Below are positions 15,649-25,199 of a stretch of 64,000 nucleotides of DNA, in pieces. Origin of the DNA: an uncultured bacterium. Lineage in GTDB: Bacteria; Fidelibacterota; Marinisomatia; Marinisomatales; UBA1611. The position numbers and the translations under genes are program-made. The notes under the pieces were generated by a model that worked only from the letters and a program-made list of their open reading frames with translations, did no database searches and was not told the origin of the DNA. The stretch covers positions 326,211 through 390,210 of the forward strand of contig CALSPG010000005.1 in NCBI GenBank assembly GCA_943788175.1. Direction: 5' to 3'. How positions within the stretch are numbered: position 1 is the stretch's first letter; every line of letters begins with the position of its first letter.

Positions 15649-16164
15649 ATGGAAAAAATAGGTTTATTTTGGGGTAGTAATACTGGGAATCAAGAAGAAG
15701 CGACAAACTTTCTTGCTGATTATTTAAAGTCATAACGCTGTCAGTTAGATTTGTATAATATTGTTGATACACCACCTTCAAAAATGTTGGAATATAAAAA
15801 ACTATTAGTAGGTTGTCCGACTTGGCACATTGGGGAACTGCAAGACGATTGGGATGCAATATACGAAGAGTATAAAAAATTAGATTTTTCAAATGTTAAA
15901 GCTGCTTTTTTTGGATGCGGAGATTAAGTAGGCTACAGCGATAATTTCTTAGATGCTATCGGATTACTCGCGAAACCTTTTATTGGTAATGGTGGAACAT
16001 TAATTGGTCGTTGGCCAACAGAGGGTTATGAATTTGAGCATTCCTTAGCTTTAGATGGCGATGATTTTCTTGGTCTTGGATTGGATAATGATAATGAAGA
16101 AGAATTAACAGAAGAGCGTTTAATTATTTGGGCTGAATTAATTAGAGATGAATTCGAATCATAG
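15649..16164 (+). pseudogene. fldA: Long-chain flavodoxin with two in-frame TAA codons (15733-15735 and 15925-15927)
   Basis: MEKIGLFWGSNTGNQEEATNF...LKS*RCQ...LLVGCPTWHIGELQDDWD...AAFFGCGD*VGYSDNFLDAIG...GRWPTEGYEFEHS...LGLGLDNDNEEELTEERL aligns with E. coli FldA over its full length, from memory. The second TAA sits where FldA has Gln (GCGDQ). Confidence 0.75.
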
Positions 16165-16316
16165 CCAGCATATTTAAACCTCCTTTAAACAAATCTTTTA
16201 ATTACTCTTCATTAAAATGCTCTTTTAAAGAGTTAAGATTATAATATTTAGAAATGGGAAATATCATTATTCGTTAACCTTTTTGTGGCTTTTTTCTTTT
16301 TACGGTATATTCGACA

Positions 16317-17720
16317 ATGCGCCAATATGATCTGAAGAAATTTTATCCTTTAATACTAATATTTGTTTTTTGGTTTTTAAAACCACCTGAAGAATTAGAT
16401 ATAAATGGCTATCGCGTGTTTATCGTTTTTGTTTCTGTCATTTTTTCGATTTTATTGCAATCTATTCCGACAGCGGTGAGTGTCCTAACCGGTTTAACTT
16501 TTTCTGTTTTAACCGGATTAATGCCTTTAAAGTCTGCTTTGAAAGGCTATAGTGATTCAACAACATGGCTTGTCGTAATTGCATTTTTGATTGCTGGTGC
16601 AATAATTAACTCAGGACTAGGTAACAGAATATCCCTTCTAAGTATATATTATCTTGGCCGGTCTATCACTGGTTTAGGTTATGCTATATGTTGTGCTGAG
16701 CTTATTTTAGGGCCAGTTGTGCCTTCAAATACAGCAAGGGGAGGTGGTATATTGGCACCAATCGTTGACTCGATTTCAAGGACGCTAGGATCTTCACCAA
16801 ATAGTAACCCTCGAAAAGCAGGGCAGTATCTCAATCTAGTTGGAGCTCACGCAAACTTAATCACGGCTGCTATGTTTTTGACTGGAATGGCAGCAAATCC
16901 TCTAGTATCCAGAGCAGCCTTAGAGGTTTTTGAAATTGAATTTGGCTGGCTAAAATGGGCGTTAGGAGCTATAGTCCCAGGACTAATTGGGTTAGCTGGG
17001 TTACCATTATTAATGAAGTATTTGTCTCCTCCAAGTATTGAATCAATCGAACCAGTTCGGATTAGAATAAATAAAGAGCTCCAAACGCTTGGTTCTTGGA
17101 CTAGAGCTGAGATAATCACTGGAATTATAATGGTTCTGATGGTTTTTTTATGGTTGAGTAAAAGTTTTCATGGCTTTGGTACTACGATAGTAGCTCTAAG
17201 TGGACTTATGTTGATTCTATTTTTCAAAGTAGTCTCCTGGGATAACATGGTAAAAAATCATAAAGCCTGGGATACTCTAATCTGGCTAGGCGGACTATTA
17301 ACGATAGCAACAAGTTTAAAAGAAGCTGGGTTTATTTTTTGGTTTTCTGGAATACTTGAAAATAGTTTATTAGATTTTTCTCCAATTTTAATCACACTAT
17401 CCTTAGCACTTATTTATTTCTATTCAATGTATTTATTTTCAATGTTAACAGCTCATATTGTTGCATTATCTGGTGCAATGTTTTTAATTGTACATAACTT
17501 GGGGTTTGAACCAATAATTATAATCTGTTTAATTGCATATTTTTCTAACTTGAGTGGTTGTCTAACTAATTATTCAACTGGGCCAATGATTATTTATTTT
17601 GGGAATGGCTATGTCATGCCATCTGCATGGTTTAAGATTGGATTTATAGTTTCAATATACCACATAGTTGTCTGGCTTGGTATTGGTTCTATCTGGTGGA
17701 AATTTCTTGGCTGGTGGTAA
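16317..17720 (+). CDS. DASS-family (divalent anion:Na+ symporter-type) anion permease
   Basis: 467 aa and polytopic. The SNTARGGGILAPIV motif is characteristic of this family, and a second hairpin-like repeat is present. Confidence 0.75.
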   Translation: MRQYDLKKFYPLILIFVFWFLKPPEELDINGYRVFIVFVSVIFSILLQSIPTAVSVLTGLTFSVLTGLMPLKSALKGYSDSTTWLVVIAFLIAGAIINSGLGNRISLLSIYYLGRSITGLGYAICCAELILGPVVPSNTARGGGILAPIVDSISRTLGSSPNSNPRKAGQYLNLVGAHANLITAAMFLTGMAANPLVSRAALEVFEIEFGWLKWALGAIVPGLIGLAGLPLLMKYLSPPSIESIEPVRIRINKELQTLGSWTRAEIITGIIMVLMVFLWLSKSFHGFGTTIVALSGLMLILFFKVVSWDNMVKNHKAWDTLIWLGGLLTIATSLKEAGFIFWFSGILENSLLDFSPILITLSLALIYFYSMYLFSMLTAHIVALSGAMFLIVHNLGFEPIIIICLIAYFSNLSGCLTNYSTGPMIIYFGNGYVMPSAWFKIGFIVSIYHIVVWLGIGSIWWKFLGWW

Positions 17721-17907
17721 AAAATTCAATGGTGCATTTTGGATTATTTTAGATATGAAGAGCAATCTTAACGATTTAAATAATCAAAAAGATAGATATA
17801 TATCTAATATAAATAGTTTTATGTAATAAAATTTTAAAAAGGGTTAATTAGTTCTCTTTATTAGAGAAAACAATTTTTAATTTGAGCGATAATAATTTTA
17901 GAGAATA

Positions 17908-18585
17908 ATGATGGTTGATGTATTCGAGTTTATAAAAGAAAAAAGAGCAGATTTAAAAGATAATACAGATCGTTACCGCGTTATGATTGAACCAAAATTC
18001 AAAGCATTATCTCAAAAATTGAATAGTAGTATCAGTAACACTTTGAATAACCCTTGGATGCTCAATTTACCATCGATTGATAAATCAAATATTTTTAAGA
18101 AAAAAGAGCCTATTTCAAATGAAAATATTAAAAAGGCCTACGATAAAATTAAAAACCGAGTAGGGGAAGAGATTTTAGTGGGGCAATGGGAAACGGTAAA
18201 TCAAGATCAAATAAATAGGTTTGCGGATTTAACAGGAGACAATCAGTGGATTCACACGGATGTCGAAAAAGCCAAGATTGAATCGCCATTTAAATCAACA
18301 ATAGCCCATGGGTTTTTGACTTTGTCACTAATTCCAAAATTAACAGAAAATTTTGACTTTGAAAGTATCCACCCCGGATTAAAAATGATCGTTAATTGTG
18401 GATTAAATCAAGTCCGCTTTCCATATCCTGTAAAGTCAGGCTCGAAAATAAGAGGAAGAGTAAAGATTACTAATTTGACTCCAAAAAAAAATAATATTGA
18501 GCTAGTGAATGAAGTTAGTATAGAGGTTGAAGGAAGAAAACGATTCGGTTGTGTCGCTGAAACAGTCTTGAGATTATATTATTGA
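17908..18585 (+). CDS. MaoC-like (R)-specific enoyl-CoA hydratase/dehydratase, hot-dog fold
   Basis: FADLTGDNQWIHTDVEKAKIESPFKSTIAHGFLTLSL matches the MaoC dehydratase motif. There is an N-terminal extension of about 90 aa. Confidence 0.75.
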   Translation: MMVDVFEFIKEKRADLKDNTDRYRVMIEPKFKALSQKLNSSISNTLNNPWMLNLPSIDKSNIFKKKEPISNENIKKAYDKIKNRVGEEILVGQWETVNQDQINRFADLTGDNQWIHTDVEKAKIESPFKSTIAHGFLTLSLIPKLTENFDFESIHPGLKMIVNCGLNQVRFPYPVKSGSKIRGRVKITNLTPKKNNIELVNEVSIEVEGRKRFGCVAETVLRLYY

Positions 18586-18632
18586 ACTAAGTTCGTTATT
18601 TAAGTGATATTAACAATTTTAGAAGAAGAATA

Positions 18633-19946
18633 AATATTAAATCCTCTATTTTCAAAATTTTTGCTAGTTATAAAAATCTTCCTAAAAATGTACATCTATT
18701 ATTTTTTTTAGAATTTAGCTTAAGCCTTATTCATGTCGCGTTTATCCTAATCCTTAACATTTATTTAAGAAAGAAGGGTTTCTCTGATCCTGAGATTGCT
18801 TCTTTTAATTCCTTGCGATTTGTTGGCGCGCTTACCTTTGCCTTACCACTAGGCATATATATCAGAGGGAAAAAATTAAAACCTTTCTTTGTTTTGTCTT
18901 CAATAGCGGTGCCTCTAACTAGTATAATGATTATTGAGTCAATTAGACTGTCTATTATACCTTTAATTCAGCTAGCATTCATCCTTTGGGGAATAGGCAT
19001 GATGGTAATGCGAGTATGTTCATTGCCATTTATTATTAGAAGTACATCTGAAAAGAATAGCACTGAAGCTTTATCGCTAAGCGCATCGACATGGTCTCTT
19101 TCGACGATTTTTTCAGGCTTGATGATATCTGGTCTCGATTGGATTTCTAGTTTAGAAATAGTTGACAATAAATTTTCATTTTCAGAATACAATATTTTAT
19201 GGATTATTACAATAATTGGATTATCATCTTATTCTTTTGCAATGAAAATTGATGAAAGTGGAGAGGGTAAACCGATAAAAAAAAGTGGTATTTTTTCATT
19301 ACATAAAAATTATGATTGGAAAATAATATTTAGAGCACTTTCGCCTTTGATTCTTATTTCCATTGGAGCTGGATTAACAATACCATTTGTTAATTTATTT
19401 TTTAATTCAGTTTTTGGTCTTAGTTCAAGCAATTTTAGTTTGCTAGGTAGTATCACAGCTATTTTAGTTTTTATATTTTCTTTATTAGTCCCAACTCTGA
19501 GAAAAAAATATGGTTATTGGGCAACAATTGTTGTTGTCCAAAGCTTTGCTATAATATTTTTAATCATTATGTCGCTGACAGAATTATACGCGAATCATAG
19601 CTATGCTTTATTTGTCGCTATTTCAGCTTATATATTGAGGCAACCTTTAATGCATATGGCTCACCCTGCTTCTAATGAGCTAATGATGAACTTTGTGGGT
19701 AAAAAAAATCAAGAATTAATTAGTGCATTAAGTTCAAGTTTATGGAGCGCTTCATGGTTCATTAGTGCCAAAATATTTGAATGGCTAAGACTACTGGACT
19801 TCAGATATTATGAAATATTTTCAATAACGGCTGCTTTTTATATAGCGGGTGTTATTCTTTTTGGTTTTATTATAAATGAATATGAAAAAAACAAAAATAA
19901 GTCTAAACCTGTCTTGCCAATTGCTGAAGAGTTATCAATCGATTAG
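18633..19946 (+). CDS. MFS transporter (5' end uncertain)
   Basis: A polytopic ORF from 18813 (TTG), open in frame back to 18633 (..FFASYKNLPKNVHLLFFLEFSLSLIHVAF...) with no canonical start. An adjacent frame upstream (NFRRRINIKSSIFKIF) would join at the T6 run at 18657-18662, suggesting a homopolymer frameshift. Confidence 0.6.
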   Translation, partial: NIKSSIFKIFASYKNLPKNVHLLFFLEFSLSLIHVAFILILNIYLRKKGFSDPEIASFNSLRFVGALTFALPLGIYIRGKKLKPFFVLSSIAVPLTSIMIIESIRLSIIPLIQLAFILWGIGMMVMRVCSLPFIIRSTSEKNSTEALSLSASTWSLSTIFSGLMISGLDWISSLEIVDNKFSFSEYNILWIITIIGLSSYSFAMKIDESGEGKPIKKSGIFSLHKNYDWKIIFRALSPLILISIGAGLTIPFVNLFFNSVFGLSSSNFSLLGSITAILVFIFSLLVPTLRKKYGYWATIVVVQSFAIIFLIIMSLTELYANHSYALFVAISAYILRQPLMHMAHPASNELMMNFVGKKNQELISALSSSLWSASWFISAKIFEWLRLLDFRYYEIFSITAAFYIAGVILFGFIINEYEKNKNKSKPVLPIAEELSID

Positions 19947-20009
19947 AAAATAATGTTGGATAAGTTCTACTTGAGAATCATATATTTTATAAACACTTAG
20001 GAGTTAATT

Positions 20010-20309
20010 ATGAAAAATCTGTTATTACCCATATTATTATTCTCATTCTTATTTGCTGAAGGTAATAAAGTTAATTTAAAAATTGATGGTATGAAGTGCG
20101 CATACAGTTGTGCAGGAAAAGTATCCAAAGTTGTTCAAAATATAAAAGGTGTAGAAGAGTGTAAGGTAGATTTTGCCTCTGGTACAGCTGAGGTGGTTTA
20201 TGATGATAAGAAAATTAATTCAAAGAAAATTGTAAATTTTTTGAACAACGAAACATATTACAAAGCATCAATTCAAGACAAAAAAGATTCGAAAGATAAT
20301 TCAATTTAA
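20010..20309 (+). CDS. Secreted heavy-metal-associated (HMA) domain protein
   Basis: Signal peptide, then KIDGMKCAYSCAGKVSKVV (GM.C...C metal-binding loop) and a ferredoxin-like fold pattern. Confidence 0.7.
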   Translation: MKNLLLPILLFSFLFAEGNKVNLKIDGMKCAYSCAGKVSKVVQNIKGVEECKVDFASGTAEVVYDDKKINSKKIVNFLNNETYYKASIQDKKDSKDNSI

Positions 20310-20328
20310 TGTTGAATGTTTAATTTTT

Positions 20329-20356
20329 AAAACCCCGCTTTAAGCGGGGTTTTTTG
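20329..20356 (+). terminator. Rho-independent terminator
   Basis: ccccgc (20333-20338), loop tttaa, gcgggg (20344-20349), then T6. Confidence 0.8.
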
Positions 20357-20381
20357 TTTAAAACTTAGCCATGGAATCAAA

Positions 20382-21026
20382 GTGTGTGGTAGATACGTAA
20401 ATAAAAACACTAAGGAAGAAATAATCGAGTTTTTTGGTTCAGAAATTGAGCTTAATGAACCAAATACACTTAAACCCAGTTACAATATCTGCCCTACTCA
20501 GCTTGCTCCGATTTTAAGGGTTGCTTCTAGTGGTATGAAATTAGAAAATATGCATTGGGGTTTGATTCCTTCATGGTCTAAAGATAAAAAGTATGCATCT
20601 AATTTAATTAATGCTCGGTTGGAAACTCTAAATGATAAACCTAGTTTTAAAGGTTTAGTGAAAAATCATAGGTGCATAGTCGTCGCTAGTGGATATTATG
20701 AGTGGGTAAATACACAAAATGGAAAGCAACCTATGTACATACATTCAAATCAATCTGTTTTGCCTTTAGCTGGCCTATGGACTCGTTGGGGAAATGTGAA
20801 CTCATTCACTATAGTCACACAGAATTCTTTTAGTCACCTAAAAACACTTCACCATAGAATGCCTTTAATATTAAATAATTCAAGTATCTTAACATATCTA
20901 GATGATAGTATTGAATTTAAGAACTCGTATAAATTGTCCATAGATGGAATTCAATATCACAAAGTTTCAAAAATAGTTAATTCGGTTAAGTATAATAATG
21001 ATGCTTGCATAAAAAGTATAGATTAA
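20382..21026 (+). CDS. SOS-response-associated peptidase (SRAP/YedK family), GTG start
   Basis: The N-terminus MCGRY carries the catalytic Cys2. Also NMHWGLIPSW, NARLET and ASGYYEW. Confidence 0.85.
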   Translation: MCGRYVNKNTKEEIIEFFGSEIELNEPNTLKPSYNICPTQLAPILRVASSGMKLENMHWGLIPSWSKDKKYASNLINARLETLNDKPSFKGLVKNHRCIVVASGYYEWVNTQNGKQPMYIHSNQSVLPLAGLWTRWGNVNSFTIVTQNSFSHLKTLHHRMPLILNNSSILTYLDDSIEFKNSYKLSIDGIQYHKVSKIVNSVKYNNDACIKSID

Positions 21027-21116
21027 CATTTTTATAATGATTATTCTTTAGGAATAAAATTAAAGAAAATTCTACTTTTTTTGAACTTCACATTTTAGAT
21101 AATTATTGGAGGTTTT

Positions 21117-21809
21117 ATGTATAAATATTTATCAGCTATTTTAGTTTTATTTTTTATTTCATGTTCTGGATCAAAACCAAAAATGTTATTACCAGAGAAG
21201 GTTTCTCCTGATGTCTATGAGGTTCTATTAGATAATGAAACAGTAAAAGTCATGAAAGTTAGTTTTGCACCTGGGCAGAGTGACAGTATGCATGATCACT
21301 ACCCATTTACATTTCACCTCTTAGACGGTGGTAAAGCTCAGGTCACAATGCCAGATGGTACAATAAATGAAAGACAAATTCCTGGGGGATTTACAGGACA
21401 CAACGGGCAGGGTGTTCGTCATCAAGTTAAAAATATTGGATCAGAAGAAATTAACATTATTTTGATTGAACATAAAAAATTAGGCTCTATGCCATCTTTT
21501 AATACTGATGAAAGCTTTGCTCCTCAAAAAGTATCTCCCGAAATTTATGAGGTAGTTCATGAAGATGAAAAAATTAAAATATATTTAGCTTCATTTGCTG
21601 CAGGTAAAAGTGATAAAGTGCATGAGCATGGTCCAAATACCGCCTATATAATAAACGGAGGGATTGTAAAAGTAGTAGGAGCAGATGGTTCTATTAGCGA
21701 ACGATCATTCCAGGATGGTGCAGTTTCTTTTTCAGATAATGTAGTTAGACATCAGGTTGAAAATATTGGAAGTACGAACATAAAAGTATTAATTGCAGAA
21801 TATAAATAA
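21117..21809 (+). CDS. Lipoprotein with two tandem cupin-like domains
   Basis: Lipobox FISCSG. There are two repeats of about 100 aa: KVSPDVYEVLLDNETVKVMKVSFAPGQSDSMHDH...HQVKNIGSEEINIILIE and KVSPEIYEVVHEDEKIKIYLASFAAGKSDKVHEH...HQVENIGSTNIKVLIAE. Confidence 0.6.
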   Translation: MYKYLSAILVLFFISCSGSKPKMLLPEKVSPDVYEVLLDNETVKVMKVSFAPGQSDSMHDHYPFTFHLLDGGKAQVTMPDGTINERQIPGGFTGHNGQGVRHQVKNIGSEEINIILIEHKKLGSMPSFNTDESFAPQKVSPEIYEVVHEDEKIKIYLASFAAGKSDKVHEHGPNTAYIINGGIVKVVGADGSISERSFQDGAVSFSDNVVRHQVENIGSTNIKVLIAEYK

Positions 21810-21900
21810 TGTTATTTTTAATGATTTATACCTTAAAAATAAAAATCAATCATTTGAATCTTTCGCTTTTGATTTTTAAATATTTCTAATAATATCCAGC

Positions 21901-22302
21901 ATGCGTACACAAATAATTGCTTTCATTGTGCTTATCGGGTTCGTCTTCTCTCAAGATGGCAGGCCTTTTGAAATAACAGTGACACCTAGATATGTTGATG
22001 AGAAAAGAATTGTAGTTAATGTTCAATTAACTAATCTCACAAATAAACCCTTAGATTACCTAGAAGGCTTTCTTTTAGAAAGGAATTCCTCTAGGAAACT
22101 TCTTGATGAAAAAAGAGTCGTACTAACTGCTGGTTATGAACCTTCGCTCGAGACTGGCTTTGCTTCAACAAAAAGTATGTCATACCAAGTAAGTAAAGGT
22201 AAACCTAATACATATGAGTTTGTTATTTCTAAATGTAAGTTTTTTGGAGAGTCCAAAATATTTACCTGGCATCCAAAAGCAGGTTACATTCGAATCGAGT
22301 AA
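21901..22302 (+). CDS. Hypothetical secreted protein (133 aa)
   Basis: ORF with an N-terminal signal-like segment, followed by a strong terminator. Confidence 0.5.
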   Translation: MRTQIIAFIVLIGFVFSQDGRPFEITVTPRYVDEKRIVVNVQLTNLTNKPLDYLEGFLLERNSSRKLLDEKRVVLTAGYEPSLETGFASTKSMSYQVSKGKPNTYEFVISKCKFFGESKIFTWHPKAGYIRIE

Positions 22303-22328
22303 TAGACAAAAACAAATTGATTTTAAAA

Positions 22329-22357
22329 AGCCCCTGGATTTTTTCAGGGGCTTTTTG
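22329..22357 (+). terminator. Rho-independent terminator
   Basis: agcccctg (22329-22336) with caggggct (22345-22352), then a T-run. Confidence 0.8.
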
Positions 22358-22386
22358 TTTTATTAGGTTCCAATGAACATATATTA

Positions 22387-22560
22387 ATGAAACAAAAACA
22401 CTGGCAAAGAATAAAAAATATTCATGATATGTCATGGATGGAATCAATTAAGATAGGACTCTTTAATTCTAATTTTAAAAAAGCATTAAATAATAAAGTT
22501 ATAATTTCTGCTATAAATTTTTCAAATTATCAACGAAATAAAAATAGAGGTCAAGAATGA
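22387..22560 (+). CDS. Possible small basic protein (57 aa), below the ORF-track cutoff
   Basis: MKQKHWQRIKNIHDMSWMESIKIGLFNSNFKKALNNKVIISAINFSNYQRNKNRGQE*. Its stop overlaps the ATG of the next gene (ATGA). Confidence 0.25.
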   Translation: MKQKHWQRIKNIHDMSWMESIKIGLFNSNFKKALNNKVIISAINFSNYQRNKNRGQE

Positions 22561-22931
22561 ATAAATTTTTTGTTTTTTTTATCTTAACTTTTTTACAGGG
22601 AAATAATTTGAGGCTTGCTCATGATTTTTATGATAACAGGATACCAAAGAGTATATACACTTATAAAGAGACATCATCAGAAATTATTTTAAAAGAGAGC
22701 ACTTCTTATTACAAAAATGGTAATATTAGTTATAAAGTTGAATATGATGCTAATGGGCTGAATAGTAGAAAAACTTGGTGGCATAATAATGGTAACAAAA
22801 GTAAAATGATTACATTCGATGCTGGAAAAATTGATGGCATATGGATCACTTGGTCTTATGAAGGTTTAAAAATAAGCGAGAGATTTTATAAGGATGGCCT
22901 TATGATTAAAGAACGATTTCATCAGAAATAA
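22557..22931 (+). CDS. MORN-repeat-variant (YwqK-family) protein
   Basis: Repeats of the type YYKNGNISYKVEYDANGLNSRKTWWHNNGNKSKMITFDAGKIDGIWITWSYEG. Confidence 0.65.
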   Translation: MNKFFVFFILTFLQGNNLRLAHDFYDNRIPKSIYTYKETSSEIILKESTSYYKNGNISYKVEYDANGLNSRKTWWHNNGNKSKMITFDAGKIDGIWITWSYEGLKISERFYKDGLMIKERFHQK

Positions 22932-23015
22932 AACTTTTATAGATTCTGTTAAACTATTCAATTTAGATGTATATTTTTTTAGTAGTATAATTATAATTAT
23001 AAACAATTTTAATAT

Positions 23016-23531
23016 ATGGAATTATTTAAAATAAAATCCAATATTGATGAAATAGCTAATGCACTTACTTATCAAGTCACATTGGTTAGTACGGTATTTT
23101 CAGGACATATTGTTGAAAATTATAATCTCACTTATAAGCAGCATTTAAGATTAATACTTATTTCTACTGCGCAACAAATTCATTTAATTGATAGATTGCT
23201 GTTGAATAATAATTTGACATCCCGTAAGGCTATTATACATCGTATCTTCATTGGGCAGGCTAGGATGGTTGCAGGATTATGGCCTAATTTATATGAAGAA
23301 GGCTCTTTAGAGTTTTTTTCAGATAAGCAATTAGAATATACCCAGTATCCTGGAAAAATAAAAAATGATGATATTAACTATCCAGCAGGTTCACTATTAT
23401 GGGAGTTTGGTGAGGAAATAGCTTTTAATAGCCGCATGCAAAAAAATCACAAAATTATTTTAACAACAATAGGCACTTATAAATTTTATTATATCAATAA
23501 TGATGAAATAATGTCCTTCATCAGAAATTAA
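23016..23531 (+). CDS. Hypothetical protein (171 aa)
   Basis: ORF only. No motif recognised. Confidence 0.4.
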   Translation: MELFKIKSNIDEIANALTYQVTLVSTVFSGHIVENYNLTYKQHLRLILISTAQQIHLIDRLLLNNNLTSRKAIIHRIFIGQARMVAGLWPNLYEEGSLEFFSDKQLEYTQYPGKIKNDDINYPAGSLLWEFGEEIAFNSRMQKNHKIILTTIGTYKFYYINNDEIMSFIRN

Positions 23532-23551
23532 TATCTAATCAGGGAATACAA

Positions 23552-24739
23552 ATGAACAACTTCTTTTTAAGAAATGCAATTATTCTTGCTTTGTCAATAT
23601 CTTCACTTTTCTCACAGCAAAAAAGAGTAATGTGGAAAGAGTTAATAGATAAAAAGGGTGTAAAGTATGTATATGGTTCAAAAAAACCATTCTCTGGTAG
23701 AGTCTTTGATAACTATAGAAATAAGGGAAGAAAACTCACTGGAGAATTAAAAAATGGTAAAATGCATGGTGACTGGACATTCTGGAATGAAGATGGTAAG
23801 ACAGATAGAGAAGAATCATATTTGCTAGACCAAAAAAATGGAGAATGGACTTATTACGATGATAAAGGAAATAAAAAAAAATCAGAAAGATATATAAAAG
23901 GAAAGAAAACTGGTTCAGTTAGTTATTATCATGCGAACGGTAATAAATCTAAAGAAGAAATATACATTAATGATAAGCGGGAAGGGAAATGGACGGCCTG
24001 GTACTCAAATAGTAAAAAAGAGAAAGAGGAGTTTTATAAAAAAGGTAAAAAAGTTGGTAAATGGAATTATTTTAATGAAAGTGGTAAAAAGGAAAGTGTT
24101 ATATCATATAAGAATGATTTTAAAGATGGCAAGTCGATCTATTATTTCGAAACTAATGGTAATAAAAATCGTGAAGAAAGTTGGAAAAGAGGTGTCGAAA
24201 ATGGATTGTGGCTATGGCTAGATCAAAATGGGGAAAAAATTAAAGAGGGAAGTTACAGAGCAGGGCAAAAACATGGCTTATGGATGAGCTTCAATGATGC
24301 AGGAAAAAAAATTGAAGACAGTCAATGGAAAGATGGAGAGCTCTTTGGTAAAACTACATTATGGAACGGCGATGGAATTAAGACGGCTATGAAAAGTTTT
24401 AAATTAGATGAAAAAGATGGTTTATGGGTTTGGTGGGGACCAAAAGGTCGAAAAATTAAAGAAGGTAATTACAAACTTGGAAAGAAAAATGGAACATGGA
24501 CATACTATCATGAAAATGGGTCGAAGAAGCGGATTGAGAATTATGTAAAAGATAAAAAGCATGGGAAACTCATTAAATGGTTTGAGAATGGGCAAAAATC
24601 TCAAGAAGAAGTATATAAAAATGATAAAAAAAATGGGAAATTCATTTACTGGTTTGAAAATGGAAAACTTGAGAAAGAAGAGAAATATTCAAATGATGTT
24701 CAAACAGATGGTAAACATTATGATTATTTTGATAATTAA
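23552..24739 (+). CDS. MORN-repeat-variant (YwqK-family) protein, about 14 repeats, with a signal peptide
   Basis: Reiterated G.W..W..NG.K..E..Y..GKK.G units throughout the 395 aa. Confidence 0.7.
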   Translation: MNNFFLRNAIILALSISSLFSQQKRVMWKELIDKKGVKYVYGSKKPFSGRVFDNYRNKGRKLTGELKNGKMHGDWTFWNEDGKTDREESYLLDQKNGEWTYYDDKGNKKKSERYIKGKKTGSVSYYHANGNKSKEEIYINDKREGKWTAWYSNSKKEKEEFYKKGKKVGKWNYFNESGKKESVISYKNDFKDGKSIYYFETNGNKNREESWKRGVENGLWLWLDQNGEKIKEGSYRAGQKHGLWMSFNDAGKKIEDSQWKDGELFGKTTLWNGDGIKTAMKSFKLDEKDGLWVWWGPKGRKIKEGNYKLGKKNGTWTYYHENGSKKRIENYVKDKKHGKLIKWFENGQKSQEEVYKNDKKNGKFIYWFENGKLEKEEKYSNDVQTDGKHYDYFDN

Positions 24740-25028
24740 ATCGAAGATATCGTTGATAATAAATGCTTAGATATGCTTATCTTTATAAAGAAAAAGTCTT
24801 TTTTTAATTTGTAGGTTTTTAGTTTATGGTTTTAGTTTGTGGCCTAATATAAATACCAAGCGATTAGTCATATTAAATGTTTATACTAAAAATTTATTCT
24901 TAAAGACAACTTCAAAAAATTACGTGAAAAAATATTTAATTCGGATGTCAATTATTTCCATAATCGGGTTTTTGGTATATTACTATTTAATAATTTGGTC
25001 TACTCATTTTTAACTTTCTTTCAGATAA

Positions 25029-25199
25029 ATGAAAATAACACCAAAGATACTATTCGTAATGATATTTTGGATGACAGTTATTACGGGAGTTATTTTTAGT
25101 ATAAATGCAGCTTTTGATATACCGGATGAAATAACAGGGCCTGCTTTTTTTTTATCGATTGGAATGACAATATCTTCAACTATTAACTATTATAAATAA
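25029..25199 (+). CDS. Possible small membrane protein (56 aa)
   Basis: MKITPKILFVMIFWMTVITGVIFSINAAFDIPDEITGPAFFLSIGMTISSTINYYK* has two hydrophobic segments. It is below the ORF-track cutoff. Confidence 0.3.
   Translation: MKITPKILFVMIFWMTVITGVIFSINAAFDIPDEITGPAFFLSIGMTISSTINYYK

Noticed and set aside
15649-16164. Possible TAA-to-Gln stop-codon reassignment, suggested by TAA at the conserved Gln of flavodoxin
   Set aside because: TAA terminates many well-conserved genes in this window at their expected C-termini (atpB, atpE, the FKBP gene, the DASS permease, the HMA gene), and no other conserved gene contains an in-frame TAA. Nonsense mutation or base error is far more likely.
22557-24739. 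A toxin-antitoxin system, implied by the common 'YwqK-family antitoxin' annotation
   Set aside because: There is no adjacent toxin-like gene. The larger protein has a signal peptide and about 14 repeats, which is inconsistent with a cytoplasmic antitoxin.
23931-24770. Alternative-frame ORFs (96 aa, 69 aa and 60 aa antisense) within the MORN-repeat gene, and the repeat periodicity itself as a possible DNA-level array
   Set aside because: The repeats are protein-coding MORN-variant units of variable sequence and are not CRISPR-like identical repeats with spacers. The alternative frames are Lys/Arg-rich artefacts of A-rich codons.
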